Source of the DNA: an uncultured Ruminococcus sp. | GTDB lineage: Bacteria > Bacillota > Clostridia > Oscillospirales > CAG-272 | Assembly: GCA_964623635.1 (NCBI GenBank) | Contig: CAZUUA010000002.1 | Location: 17,585 to 81,584, forward strand | Direction: 5' to 3' | DNA: 64,000 nt | Shown here: positions 25,460-34,427 of the stretch, one piece after another | Layout of the letters: each line of letters starts with the position of its first letter | Position numbering within the stretch: position 1 is the stretch's first letter | The notes under the pieces: model-generated | Told to the model about the DNA's origin: nothing | The model's input: the letters and a program-made list of their open reading frames with translations, nothing else | The model's database searches: none | Program-made: the position numbers and the translations under genes

Positions 25460-26311
25460 TTAGTCCAGCGGATACGGCATAGGGATCACCAGGGTGCCAT
25501 CCTTGTTGGCAAAGTGGTGACGTACACCCATTTCTTCCATCCAGCCACGGACGATCACGGTCTGCCAGTTGTGGGTGTTGTATCCTTTCCCGGCATTGTT
25601 GTCCCACAGCCACTGGGGTGTGGCCCACAGACAGGCTTTCGGTGCGCAGGCTTCATAGAAGGACCGTTCCACGCCGTTCTGCCCATGGTGCGCCATCTGC
25701 ACGAAATCGACCTTTAGCTTTTCCGGCACCACCGTTTCCAGTACCTGCCGGCCGCCTTCGATCCCCAAGTCGCCTACAAACAGCACGCTTTGTCCGTCCG
25801 CATCCATCCGGAAGACCATGGACGCATTGTTGTCCGCATTGTGGGTGAAGGCCGTGTCGTAGGTGCGCAGGATCTCGAAATCCACGCCGTCCAGCGAGAA
25901 GCGGTCGCCTTTTTCTGCCACACAGATCTCCGTACCCTTTTCACGCAGCAGCGGCAAAAGCTCGTCCAGCTCCGAAATGGTGTGGGCGCAGTGCTGTTCG
26001 TACTGTTCCAAAAAATCAAACGGCGGGAAATTGTAGATCAGCTTGCCTACGGTGAAGTCGTCCGGGAAACGCCGCAGCATCTCGTACAGCACATCCGTGT
26101 GGTCGTCGTGGGGATGGGTCAGGAACCACAGATCGATGTGCGGCTTCCGACCGAGAAGTGCTTCGATATATCCATGGAAATATTCAGTATCTTGTTTGTT
26201 TCCACCGTCGATGGCAATGACCTTTCCATGCTCGGTGAGGATGAGAAAGGACATCATTTGTGTCCGGGGACGGCTGTCGCTTTTTTGTGCCAGAAAATGC
26301 ATCGTAGTCAT
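25460..26311 (-). CDS. MBL-fold metallo-hydrolase
   Basis: 283 aa. LTHPHDDHTD metal motif, and a later VQMAHHG. Confidence 0.8.
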   Translation of the reverse strand: MTTMHFLAQKSDSRPRTQMMSFLILTEHGKVIAIDGGNKQDTEYFHGYIEALLGRKPHIDLWFLTHPHDDHTDVLYEMLRRFPDDFTVGKLIYNFPPFDFLEQYEQHCAHTISELDELLPLLREKGTEICVAEKGDRFSLDGVDFEILRTYDTAFTHNADNNASMVFRMDADGQSVLFVGDLGIEGGRQVLETVVPEKLKVDFVQMAHHGQNGVERSFYEACAPKACLWATPQWLWDNNAGKGYNTHNWQTVIVRGWMEEMGVRHHFANKDGTLVIPMPYPLD

Positions 26312-26419
26312 AGTTTATCCTCGCATTCTGCCCATGTACGTATCTATTGTTGGCGTACAGATATGATACCACATTTCACTGCATTTGTCAAGAATTCTGA
26401 AAAGAATCGCCAAAAAACC

Positions 26420-26448
26420 TTGCAAATTGTGGCTGCATGTGGTATAAT
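26420..26448 (+). promoter_or_regulatory. Putative sigma-A promoter of the alpha/beta-hydrolase gene
   Basis: TTGCAA - 17 nt - TATAAT. Confidence 0.5.
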
Positions 26449-26490
26449 CGAGCCAAGTAAGATCCAATTCCATGGAAACAAAGGAGAGTC

Positions 26491-27510
26491 ATGATGAAAA
26501 ACTATCTGCCGCTGGAACAGCATAAGCTGCTTGCCGCCACACTGCAGCCTTCACTCCGTTGGGACGGAAACGCTTCCTTGGATGCCCTGCGGGAAAAGAG
26601 TTATGCCAAGCTGTGGGAGCTGTTGGGTATGGACAAGATGCAGTCCTGCGAACCGGTTTTGGAGATCACCGCAGAGGACGAGGTACACGGGCACCGGCAC
26701 ATCCACTTTACCGTGCAGACGGAGCCGGACTACTACACCCACTGTGACCTGCTGCTGCCCAAGGAAATGCCGGAAGGGAAGCTGCCTCTGTGCGCTTGTC
26801 TGCAAGGACATTCCAAGGGTGCCCACATTTCGCTTGGTATGCCGAAATATCCGGGTGACGAGGAGACCATTTCCGGCGGTGACCGGGACTTCTGCCTTCG
26901 TGCCATCGAAGAAGGGTATGCCGCACTGGCCATCGAACAGCGTGCCTTTGGTCTGAACGGCGGTACCGAGAACGGCCCCGACTGTACTCGTCCGGTGCTG
27001 ACGGCGTTGCTGCTGGGTCGCACGATCATTGGCGAACGGGTCTGGGACATTATGCGTGTGCTGGACGCCATCGAAGCCAACTTTGCCGATACCATTACCC
27101 TGGAGAACTCGATCCTCATGGGCAACTCCGGCGGCGGTACCACCACCTATTACACCGCCTGCTTAGAGCATCGTTTTGCCGGATTCATGCCGTCCTGCGC
27201 CGTGTGTACCTACCGGGATTCCATCGTAGCCGTACACCACTGTCCCTGCAACTATGTTCCTCGTATCGCAGAATATTTCGATATGGGTGACCTGGCACTG
27301 CTCATTGCCCCGAAGAAGCTGGTGATCGTCTGCGGCAAGGACGACTCGATCTTCCCGCTCCATGGCGTAAACGAGACCTTTGAGATCGTCAAGAAGCTGT
27401 ACGCCGGTATGGGCGTGGCGGACAACTGCGCACTGGTGGTAGGCTATGCCGGTCACCGGTTCTACGCCAACGAAGCCTGGCCGGTCATGAAGGCGCTGCT
27501 GGCTAAATGA
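26491..27510 (+). CDS. Alpha/beta hydrolase (acetyl-esterase / dienelactone-hydrolase-like)
   Basis: 339 aa. Nucleophile elbow GNSGGG, and a C-terminal ...GKDDSIFP...GHRF pattern consistent with Asp/His triad residues. RBS AAAGGAGAG. Confidence 0.7.
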   Translation: MMKNYLPLEQHKLLAATLQPSLRWDGNASLDALREKSYAKLWELLGMDKMQSCEPVLEITAEDEVHGHRHIHFTVQTEPDYYTHCDLLLPKEMPEGKLPLCACLQGHSKGAHISLGMPKYPGDEETISGGDRDFCLRAIEEGYAALAIEQRAFGLNGGTENGPDCTRPVLTALLLGRTIIGERVWDIMRVLDAIEANFADTITLENSILMGNSGGGTTTYYTACLEHRFAGFMPSCAVCTYRDSIVAVHHCPCNYVPRIAEYFDMGDLALLIAPKKLVIVCGKDDSIFPLHGVNETFEIVKKLYAGMGVADNCALVVGYAGHRFYANEAWPVMKALLAK

Positions 27511-27530
27511 ACCGCACAAATATAGGCATT

Positions 27531-27560
27531 AAAAAAGAGAGGCATGGCACCTCTCTTTTT
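27531..27560. terminator. Bidirectional rho-independent terminator
   Basis: AAAAAA GAGAGG catggca CCTCTC TTTTT, between convergent genes. Confidence 0.7.
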
Positions 27561-27568
27561 GTATGAAA

Positions 27569-28291
27569 TTATTCCAGAATATTGGATGTGATCTGGTCCA
27601 CGCCCCAGCCGATCAGTCGAGCCGCATCTTCCGGATTGTCCACCGTCCAGCAGTTGACAACGATACCGGCCGCATGGCAAGCCTGGATCTTTTCTTCAGT
27701 CAGACCGGGGAAGTAGATGTCCAGATCCATACCGGCCTTGGCAAGCTTCTCGATCAGTGCATCGTCCACCTTGTCGGTTAGGAACTGTACCTTCTGCTCC
27801 GGCCGCACCTCCTTCACCAGCTCCAGATTGTGATAGTTGAAGGAAATGAAGCAAACGTTGTCCAGATAGCCATCGAAGATCGCTAAGATCTCCTTGATCT
27901 CGTCCAGAGAGAATGCGCTCTTCAGCTCCGGTACGCAGACCTTGCCGTAGTGCTCACAGATCTTCCGGTATTCGGAAGGCAGACACAGCTTCAGCTCAGC
28001 CCGGTCGGTCTTGCCGTCCACGTCCTTCAGGGTCAGCGCACGCAGATCGGCCAGCGTAGATTTTTCCATTTCCAGATCCACTTCGCAGATCCGACCGGAA
28101 CGACCGTCGTGGTTGCAGATGTACTGCCCGTCGATGGTGTGGTAAATGTCGGTCTCCACGCCCCAGTGGGAACGGTTACCGGCAGCGATAAAGGCAGCGG
28201 CGGTGTTTTCGGTCTCCAGTCCGCTGACGCCGCGATGGGCTACCATTTTGGTGTTGCCATGGTCTGCGATCTTGATCGTATCTTTTCTCAT
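27569..28291 (-). CDS. Glycerophosphodiester phosphodiesterase (GDPD)
   Basis: 240 aa. MVAHRGVSGLETENT and GVETDIYHTIDG are GDPD catalytic blocks. RBS AAGGAGGA. Confidence 0.85.
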   Translation of the reverse strand: MRKDTIKIADHGNTKMVAHRGVSGLETENTAAAFIAAGNRSHWGVETDIYHTIDGQYICNHDGRSGRICEVDLEMEKSTLADLRALTLKDVDGKTDRAELKLCLPSEYRKICEHYGKVCVPELKSAFSLDEIKEILAIFDGYLDNVCFISFNYHNLELVKEVRPEQKVQFLTDKVDDALIEKLAKAGMDLDIYFPGLTEEKIQACHAAGIVVNCWTVDNPEDAARLIGWGVDQITSNILE

Positions 28292-28447
28292 AAGTGATCC
28301 TCCTTACGGCAGTCACGCCATATACAGATCGTACGTGTAGGTGTGTACGCGCACACAGGTACACAGGTACGGTATTTGTATTGTACCACATTTTTCGCCA
28401 TTTTCCAATAGTATTTTGAAAATTTACAGGAAAAGTACAAAAAATGC

Positions 28448-28476
28448 TTGCATCTCGGACGAAGATGTGTTATACT
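28448..28476 (+). promoter_or_regulatory. Putative sigma-A promoter of the glycyl-radical enzyme gene
   Basis: TTGCAT - 17 nt - TATACT, 65 nt upstream of the ATG. The 5' UTR contains the hairpin CCCC gacaaaa GGGG. Confidence 0.5.
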
Positions 28477-28540
28477 ACCCAAAAAGAGAATTTGCTAAGC
28501 CCCGACAAAAGGGGATCCGAAAAAGCGAAAGGAGCAACCT

Positions 28541-30652
28541 ATGGAATTTTGCTGTGGTACAGGTCTGCATCGACCGGTACGTCTGTCGGAGGAGACCAGA
28601 GCCTTTGCCTGGCGTTCCCTCCATGGAACCTATGGGGACGATGCCATGACCCATCTGGACATTCCCATGGACAACATACACGGCTTCCGGGAGCTGGACG
28701 CCGACGAACAATATTCCCTCTGCATCGACGCCATCGCCAGACAGGCGCCACTGCGGCTCATCGACGGAGAAAAGCTGTGCGGTGCTGCCACCTTGGGTAG
28801 AGCCATCGCACACCAGATCCCCGTCACCTACGGAGGAGAGATGGTCATGCCTTCGGTGAGTCACCTGACCCTGGATTTTGCTACGGTGCTGCGGATCGGA
28901 CTGAACGGCATTCAAAAGCAGGTGGAGCAAAACTGCCCCTATCCGCTGCGGAAATACCTGCTGCGTACCCTGCACGCCTTCCGCATCTGGCACAACCGGT
29001 ATCGCATCGCCGAACAGGAGCACGACCCGGCGCTTGCCAATATGCTGTCGCACGTACCCTTTGGCGTGCCCACGTCCTTCCACGAAGCGGTACTGAGCCT
29101 GTGGTTCACCTTTGCCTTTGTACGGCTGTGCGGCAACTGGCCCGGTATCGGACGGATCGACCAGATGCTGGAACCGTTCCTGCAGGCAGACCTGGCAAGC
29201 GGCAAGATCACGCTGGACGAAGCACGGGAGATTTTGGCGCACTTTTTCATCAAGGGCTGCGAATGGATCCGGAAAGATCCCCCCATCACCACCGGTGACG
29301 CACAGCATTACCAGAATCTGGTTTTAGCCGGTACCAATGAAAACGGCATAGACGTGACGGGGAACGTGACCCATCTGATCCTGGACGTGATCGAGGAGCT
29401 GCCTATCGGCGACTTTCCCATTACGGTGCGGCTGCACGAGAAAAGCGACCCCAAGCTGATCCGGCGTGTGGCAGAGGTGATCCGGTATGGCGGCGGCGTG
29501 CTGGCTGTCTACAACGAACCGCTGATCCTGCGTGCCCTGACCTCGGTGGGCTACGATCCAAAGGAAGCCCGCAACTTTGCCAACGACGGCTGCTGGGAGG
29601 TGCAGATCCCCGGCAAAACCGATTTCATCTACCTCCCCTTCGACAGCTATACCATGCTCATGCGGGACGTGCTGGGCGTTGGCGGCGAACACCGGGACTT
29701 CGATAGCTGGGATGCCATTCTAGATGCGTTTCTGGAAAGACTCCGCCAGCACGTGGACGGTACCTTTGCAGCGCTGTGTGACGGGTTGCTGACTAAGGAC
29801 GAAAACGGCACCTGGCAGTGGAAACGGTACGGCGGCCCGGCACACGTAATCTCCCTGCTGGAAGGTGGCTGTATCGATAGCGGCAGAGAATATTACCATG
29901 GTGGTACAAAATATGTGGTGCGTTCCCCCCATATCGGCGGCGCACCCGATACAGGCAATAGCCTGTACGCCATTCGCAAGCTGGTGTACGAAGACCATTT
30001 GGTGACCCTGCCGGAGCTGCTGGACATTCTGGAAAACGACTGGGAAGGTCACGAACCCCTGCGGCAGATCGCCATGAATCGATACACCTATTACGGAAAT
30101 GACAACGCCGAAGCCGATGCCGTGACCGCCATGATCTTAGACAGCTTTGCCGATATGGTGCTGACCCACGCCACCGAAACGCCGCTATTGTATATCCCCG
30201 GCGTATCCACCTTTGGCAGACAGATCGATTGGCTGGAACAGCGCACCGCAGCTCCCTTTGGCGCCAAGAAAAACACGATTTTGGCAGGGAACTGCTCCCC
30301 CACACCGGGCACCGATCTGGAAGGCGCCACCGCCATCATCCGCTCCTATTGCAGTGCCGATATGGAAAAGCAGGTCAACGGCGCCGCACTGGATGTGAAG
30401 CTGCATCCTACCGCTGTGCAAGGCGAAAACGGTCTGACAGCATTGGAAGCACTGCTGACCAGCTTTGTGGAATTGGGCGGCTACTTCCTGCAGGTGGACG
30501 TGATCGACGCCGCAGTGCTCCGGGAAGCACAAAAGAATCCGGAGGCCTACAAAACCCTGTCCGTGCGTGTATCCGGCTGGAATGCCCGGTTCATCACCCT
30601 GCAGCCCAATTGGCAGGAAATGATCATCCAGCGCACCGCCACCGGGATATAA
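28541..30652 (+). CDS. Glycyl-radical enzyme, PFL2/dehydratase-lyase-like, short form (703 aa)
   Basis: Glycyl-radical fingerprint SVRVSGWNA (Gly679) near the C-terminus. Cys loop FANDGCWEV (Cys351, Cys-x-Glu). Other GRE blocks: FHEAVLSLWF, GRIDQ, YQNLVLAG, GGGVLAVYNEP, NCSPTPGTDLEGATA, LDVKLHP. RBS AAAGGAG. Confidence 0.85.
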   Translation: MEFCCGTGLHRPVRLSEETRAFAWRSLHGTYGDDAMTHLDIPMDNIHGFRELDADEQYSLCIDAIARQAPLRLIDGEKLCGAATLGRAIAHQIPVTYGGEMVMPSVSHLTLDFATVLRIGLNGIQKQVEQNCPYPLRKYLLRTLHAFRIWHNRYRIAEQEHDPALANMLSHVPFGVPTSFHEAVLSLWFTFAFVRLCGNWPGIGRIDQMLEPFLQADLASGKITLDEAREILAHFFIKGCEWIRKDPPITTGDAQHYQNLVLAGTNENGIDVTGNVTHLILDVIEELPIGDFPITVRLHEKSDPKLIRRVAEVIRYGGGVLAVYNEPLILRALTSVGYDPKEARNFANDGCWEVQIPGKTDFIYLPFDSYTMLMRDVLGVGGEHRDFDSWDAILDAFLERLRQHVDGTFAALCDGLLTKDENGTWQWKRYGGPAHVISLLEGGCIDSGREYYHGGTKYVVRSPHIGGAPDTGNSLYAIRKLVYEDHLVTLPELLDILENDWEGHEPLRQIAMNRYTYYGNDNAEADAVTAMILDSFADMVLTHATETPLLYIPGVSTFGRQIDWLEQRTAAPFGAKKNTILAGNCSPTPGTDLEGATAIIRSYCSADMEKQVNGAALDVKLHPTAVQGENGLTALEALLTSFVELGGYFLQVDVIDAAVLREAQKNPEAYKTLSVRVSGWNARFITLQPNWQEMIIQRTATGI

Positions 30653-30721
30653 GCCAGCGTTGCCTTAAACTCGTTCATAAAAAATTTCCGAAATTTCCCA
30701 GGGACATTTGTTCCTAACCCC

Positions 30722-30750
30722 TTGCAATTTTTGGGAAAATGGTGTATACT
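30722..30750 (+). promoter_or_regulatory. Putative sigma-A promoter of smpB
   Basis: TTGCAA - 17 nt - TATACT. Confidence 0.5.
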
Positions 30751-30794
30751 ATATACGTTCCCGATCTGTAGGACAGTCTCATAGGAGGTATGCT

Positions 30795-31274
30795 ATGGCA
30801 CAAGAGAAAAAAGGTCATAAAGTGATCGCCGTGAACCGCAAGGCCCGACACGACTATTTTGTGGACGAGACCTACGAAGCCGGCATCGAACTCTATGGGA
30901 CGGAAGTCAAAAGCATCCGAGTTGGGCAGGTGAACCTGAAGGATTCCTACTGTAAGGTGGAAAACGGTGAGCTGCTTGCCATCGGTGTGCGGATCAGTCC
31001 CTACGAAAAGGGAAATATCTTCAACCGAGATCCCATGCGGGAAAAACGGTTGTTGATGCACAAAAAAGAGATCCTGAAGCTGCAGCAGTATACCCAGCGG
31101 GACAGCTACACTTTGGTGCCGCTATCCTTGTATTTCTCCGGCGCACACGTGAAAATGGAAGTGGGCCTGTGCAAGGGTAAAAAGCTGTGGGATAAGCGTG
31201 AGTCCGATGCCAAGGCTGAAGCCGGACGAGAGATCGCTCGATATGCCAAAATGGAAAGACGCCGTGAGGACTAA
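30795..31274 (+). CDS. smpB: SsrA-binding protein
   Basis: Track ORF 30708..31274. ATG 30795 has TAGGAGGT upstream. KVIAVNRKARHDYF, GIELYGTEVKS, ISPYEKGN and LLMHKKEI are canonical SmpB blocks. Confidence 0.95.
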   Translation: MAQEKKGHKVIAVNRKARHDYFVDETYEAGIELYGTEVKSIRVGQVNLKDSYCKVENGELLAIGVRISPYEKGNIFNRDPMREKRLLMHKKEILKLQQYTQRDSYTLVPLSLYFSGAHVKMEVGLCKGKKLWDKRESDAKAEAGREIARYAKMERRRED

Positions 31275-31277
31275 GAT

Positions 31278-32192
31278 ATGGAACTACGTACCTTACTGAA
31301 CGAACGTCGCAGCAACCGTGCTTTCAACGGTAAGCCTGTCACAAGCGCGCAGGTGCAGGAGCTGCTGTACGCCGCCACCAAAGCACCCAATGCCTGCAAT
31401 CTGCAATCCTGGCATTTTTATGCACTGGATCAACAGAAAATTGCCGACATGGTGCCCACCGTGTACAAAGGCGAATGGATCAAAACCGCCGGTGTGGCTT
31501 TCGTGGTGTGTACCGAAGATGGTGCGTTGACCAGCCGATTTGGCGAAAGAGGAAAGCTCTTTGCCGTCCAGGATACGGCAGCTGCCATGACCATGCTGCT
31601 CCTTCGTGCGACAGACCTGGGACTGACAGGCTGTTGGATCGGTGCCTTTGATCCGGACGAGTGCCGCAGGTTCTTATCGATCCCGGACACACGCACGCCG
31701 GTCGCTATCGCTATGGTGGGATACGCCGACGAACTGCCACCACTACGGGAGCGCAAGCCGTTGGAAAAGGTATCCACGCTCTGTGGTGAATTTCCCGTCA
31801 CCGATGGGGAAGAGCTGTACATGCCGTACACGTTGTCTGCCGGAAGCTACAGTGGTGCAAGGTTTGAAGACTTGAACCTGCCCGGTGCGGATTTCTCCAC
31901 TGTGGTTATGCAAAACGCAAAGTTTGACAATATCGATCTGGCGAATGCCGCTTTTACCGACATCAATCTGTCCGGCTCCACCTACGCCGGGGTCTACATG
32001 GCGGGTGTACATTTTGGTGCAGCGGATGCCAAGGATACCTGCGTGGAAATGGATGGCGCAGTGCTGACCGAGGTGAGCCTAACGGATGCGCTGCTGCGTC
32101 GGTGTCATCTGCAAAACGCAAAGCTGGAAGGCTGTGATCTCGAAGGTCTGACCATCGATGGAATGCCAGCCAAAGAATATTTCACAAAATAA
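31278..32192 (+). CDS. Nitroreductase-domain :: pentapeptide-repeat fusion protein
   Basis: 304 aa. N-terminal ~175 aa: RRSNRAF ... APNACNLQSWHF ... TGCWIGAF (nitroreductase fold). C-terminal ~110 aa: A(D/N)LxX-type pentapeptide repeats (ARFEDLNLPGADFSTVVMQNAKFDNIDLANAAFTDINLSGS...). Confidence 0.75.
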   Translation: MELRTLLNERRSNRAFNGKPVTSAQVQELLYAATKAPNACNLQSWHFYALDQQKIADMVPTVYKGEWIKTAGVAFVVCTEDGALTSRFGERGKLFAVQDTAAAMTMLLLRATDLGLTGCWIGAFDPDECRRFLSIPDTRTPVAIAMVGYADELPPLRERKPLEKVSTLCGEFPVTDGEELYMPYTLSAGSYSGARFEDLNLPGADFSTVVMQNAKFDNIDLANAAFTDINLSGSTYAGVYMAGVHFGAADAKDTCVEMDGAVLTEVSLTDALLRRCHLQNAKLEGCDLEGLTIDGMPAKEYFTK

Positions 32193-32227
32193 ACTGCATG
32201 AACCGGTGCCAGTCATCGGTTCTCCAT

Positions 32228-32601
32228 GGGGACGTAAAGGTTTCGACGGGGATCTTGCAGTACGATAAGCGGGTAGAGTAGGAGCACTCTTCAAAACTCC
32301 AACTTTAAAATTAAACGCTAACGATAACGTAGCACTGGCTGCCTAAGTGCGGCCTGTCCGTCGGGGGAACGCTGCGGCCCTCGAATGTCCCAAACGGGAA
32401 GTCACGCCCATTGCGTACTGGCATCATGTAGCAGCGTCCGTGAACGGTGAGTTTGCTTTTGCAGCCGTCATGCATCAAAAAGATACTGTGGGAAGAGCCT
32501 GACGACCGGCGCTTCGTACAGGAAATTTCATAGATCGTCTGCACCCGGAGAAAGTTGTATGAATGGGTTTTCGGACAGGGGTTCGACTCCCCTCGTCTCC
32601 A
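32228..32601 (+). ncRNA. ssrA: tmRNA (ssrA); predicted tag ANDNVALAA
   Basis: The 5' end GGGGACGTAAAGGTTTCGACGGGG pairs with the 3' end GGACAGGGGTTCGACTCCCCTCGTCTCCA (T-arm plus acceptor; CCA is not encoded). Tag reading frame GCT AAC GAT AAC GTA GCA CTG GCT GCC TAA at 32317-32346. It follows smpB. Confidence 0.9.
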
Positions 32602-32606
32602 GCCAC

Positions 32607-32660
32607 ACCGGACATCGATTTTGATACCATGCGTATCGAAGTTGTTGTCCGGTTTTCTTT
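32607..32660 (+). terminator. Putative terminator after ssrA
   Basis: ACCGGACA ... TGTCCGGT followed by TTTTCTTT. The loop is long (31 nt). Confidence 0.45.
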
Positions 32661-32729
32661 GTACTGCAGGTGCATTCGGACATATTGCACAAAAATTTCC
32701 CAAAAAACGGGATTTTTTTCTTTTTCCCC

Positions 32730-32758
32730 TTTACAGAAGCGAATGGGTATGATACAAT
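32730..32758 (+). promoter_or_regulatory. Putative sigma-A promoter of the SBP/GH116 operon, abutting a 14-bp perfect palindrome
   Basis: TTTACA - 17 nt - TACAAT. ATACATATATGTAT (32757-32770) overlaps the -10 end and the expected start site. Confidence 0.5.
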
Positions 32759-32855
32759 ACATATATGTATCACACACGACAGGATTGTAGCCAATATCAC
32801 GATTCAGGTGGCGATCGGAAAGACCACCAAAACATAGCAAGTAGGAGGAAGCAAT

Positions 32856-34367
32856 ATGAAACATGGCAACAAACAAGACTGGATACGGCGTCTGTTCTGT
32901 GCACTCTTAGCCGGGCTCTTAGCCGGTGGGATGCTGATGGGAATGATCGGCTGTGGCCGTGAGGAGACGGAGACTACCGGTGGCGATACGACGGCCAACG
33001 AGACCACCGTCACCACCGAGGAAACGGAGCTTATGCCCGATGTGCCGATCACCGATATGGAAGGGAAGGATATGCACCTGTTCATCCAAGGCTGGTGCAA
33101 CTATGATCCTCTACAGATCAAGGATATTCTGGTGGAAGAAATAAACGGCGAAGGGATCAACGATGCTGCCTACAACCGGAATCTGGAAATGGAGCAGCTC
33201 TTCAACTGCACACTGTCAGCTGAAGTGGAGCCGAACAGCTACGACGATGGTATCAACCATGTGATCAATACCGTCACCGCCGGGGATGCTGCCTATGATT
33301 TCGTACTCATGCGTGCCATCCAGTACAACCGGCTCTGCCTGTCCGGTGGCTTCTATATGCTCTCCGACGTACCCCACATCGATCTCACCAAGCCCTGGTG
33401 GGACAGCGGTTTCTACGATGCCGTTTCCATTTTGGGCAAGACCTATGGCGCCATCTCGGATATCACCATCAACTCCTATCTCCTGGCGGCAGACGTGTAT
33501 TTCAATAAGGATATGATCCAGGATTACGGCCTGGACGATCCGTATACGCTGGTGAACGAAGGCAAGTGGACGTGGGACAAAATGTTCGAAATGGCCGATG
33601 TGGTGGATCAAGACCTGAACGGAGACGGCAATTATACCAACGAAGACCTATTCGGTATCACCTATATCGATGACAGCCCGGAGGCGCTTCTTACCGCAGC
33701 CAACGTGACCTTTGCCGAGCTGGATAAAGACGGCATTCCGCAGGTCACTTTGTACAGCGAAAACAACATGACCAAGATCATGCACCTGTCCGACCTGCTG
33801 CAGGATCAGGCCATCTCCTTCAACTGCCACGCCAGAAGCCCGCAGGCCAATGCCGATGAAGCCGGTATGCTGGTACGAGGAGCAACGCTGTTCTGCTTGG
33901 GCGGTCTGTACTATGCGCCGGAAATGCGGATGATGGACCAGGAATTCGGCATCGTGCCCTATCCGAAGTATGACGACGAACAGAACGAGTATCGCATTCC
34001 CATGGTCACGGTGGCGCTGACCTATGCCAGTGTGCCGTTGACCAACACCGATCTGGACAACACCGGCATCTTCATGGAATACTATGCATACCTGGGTAGA
34101 CGGGATATCGTTCCGGCGCTGTACGAAAAGCTGTTGCTGGGCAAGGTATCCAGAGACAACGAATCCCAGGCCATGCTGGACATTATTTTCAACAATCGAT
34201 TCTTTGATACCGGCATGATCTTCGACTTTGGTGGACTGCGTACCGATCTGCGGACACAGTACCATAACCTGAAGGAAGACTTTTCCTCTCTGTTTGCCAC
34301 CAACAAAACCAAGGTAGCAGAGAACATCGAGGATGTGGTCGAACAGTTCCGTGCCTTGGAAGACTGA
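32856..34367 (+). CDS. Large extracellular solute-binding lipoprotein (family 1, ~500-aa LplA-like type)
   Basis: 503 aa. Lipobox GMIGC followed by a T/E-rich linker. SBP-like body. RBS AGGAGGAAG. Confidence 0.8.
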   Translation: MKHGNKQDWIRRLFCALLAGLLAGGMLMGMIGCGREETETTGGDTTANETTVTTEETELMPDVPITDMEGKDMHLFIQGWCNYDPLQIKDILVEEINGEGINDAAYNRNLEMEQLFNCTLSAEVEPNSYDDGINHVINTVTAGDAAYDFVLMRAIQYNRLCLSGGFYMLSDVPHIDLTKPWWDSGFYDAVSILGKTYGAISDITINSYLLAADVYFNKDMIQDYGLDDPYTLVNEGKWTWDKMFEMADVVDQDLNGDGNYTNEDLFGITYIDDSPEALLTAANVTFAELDKDGIPQVTLYSENNMTKIMHLSDLLQDQAISFNCHARSPQANADEAGMLVRGATLFCLGGLYYAPEMRMMDQEFGIVPYPKYDDEQNEYRIPMVTVALTYASVPLTNTDLDNTGIFMEYYAYLGRRDIVPALYEKLLLGKVSRDNESQAMLDIIFNNRFFDTGMIFDFGGLRTDLRTQYHNLKEDFSSLFATNKTKVAENIEDVVEQFRALED

Positions 34368-34427
34368 GCGACACCGCTTTTCTGCGATACAATTTTGAGA
34401 AAATTCCTATGCCAAAGGAGTATATAC

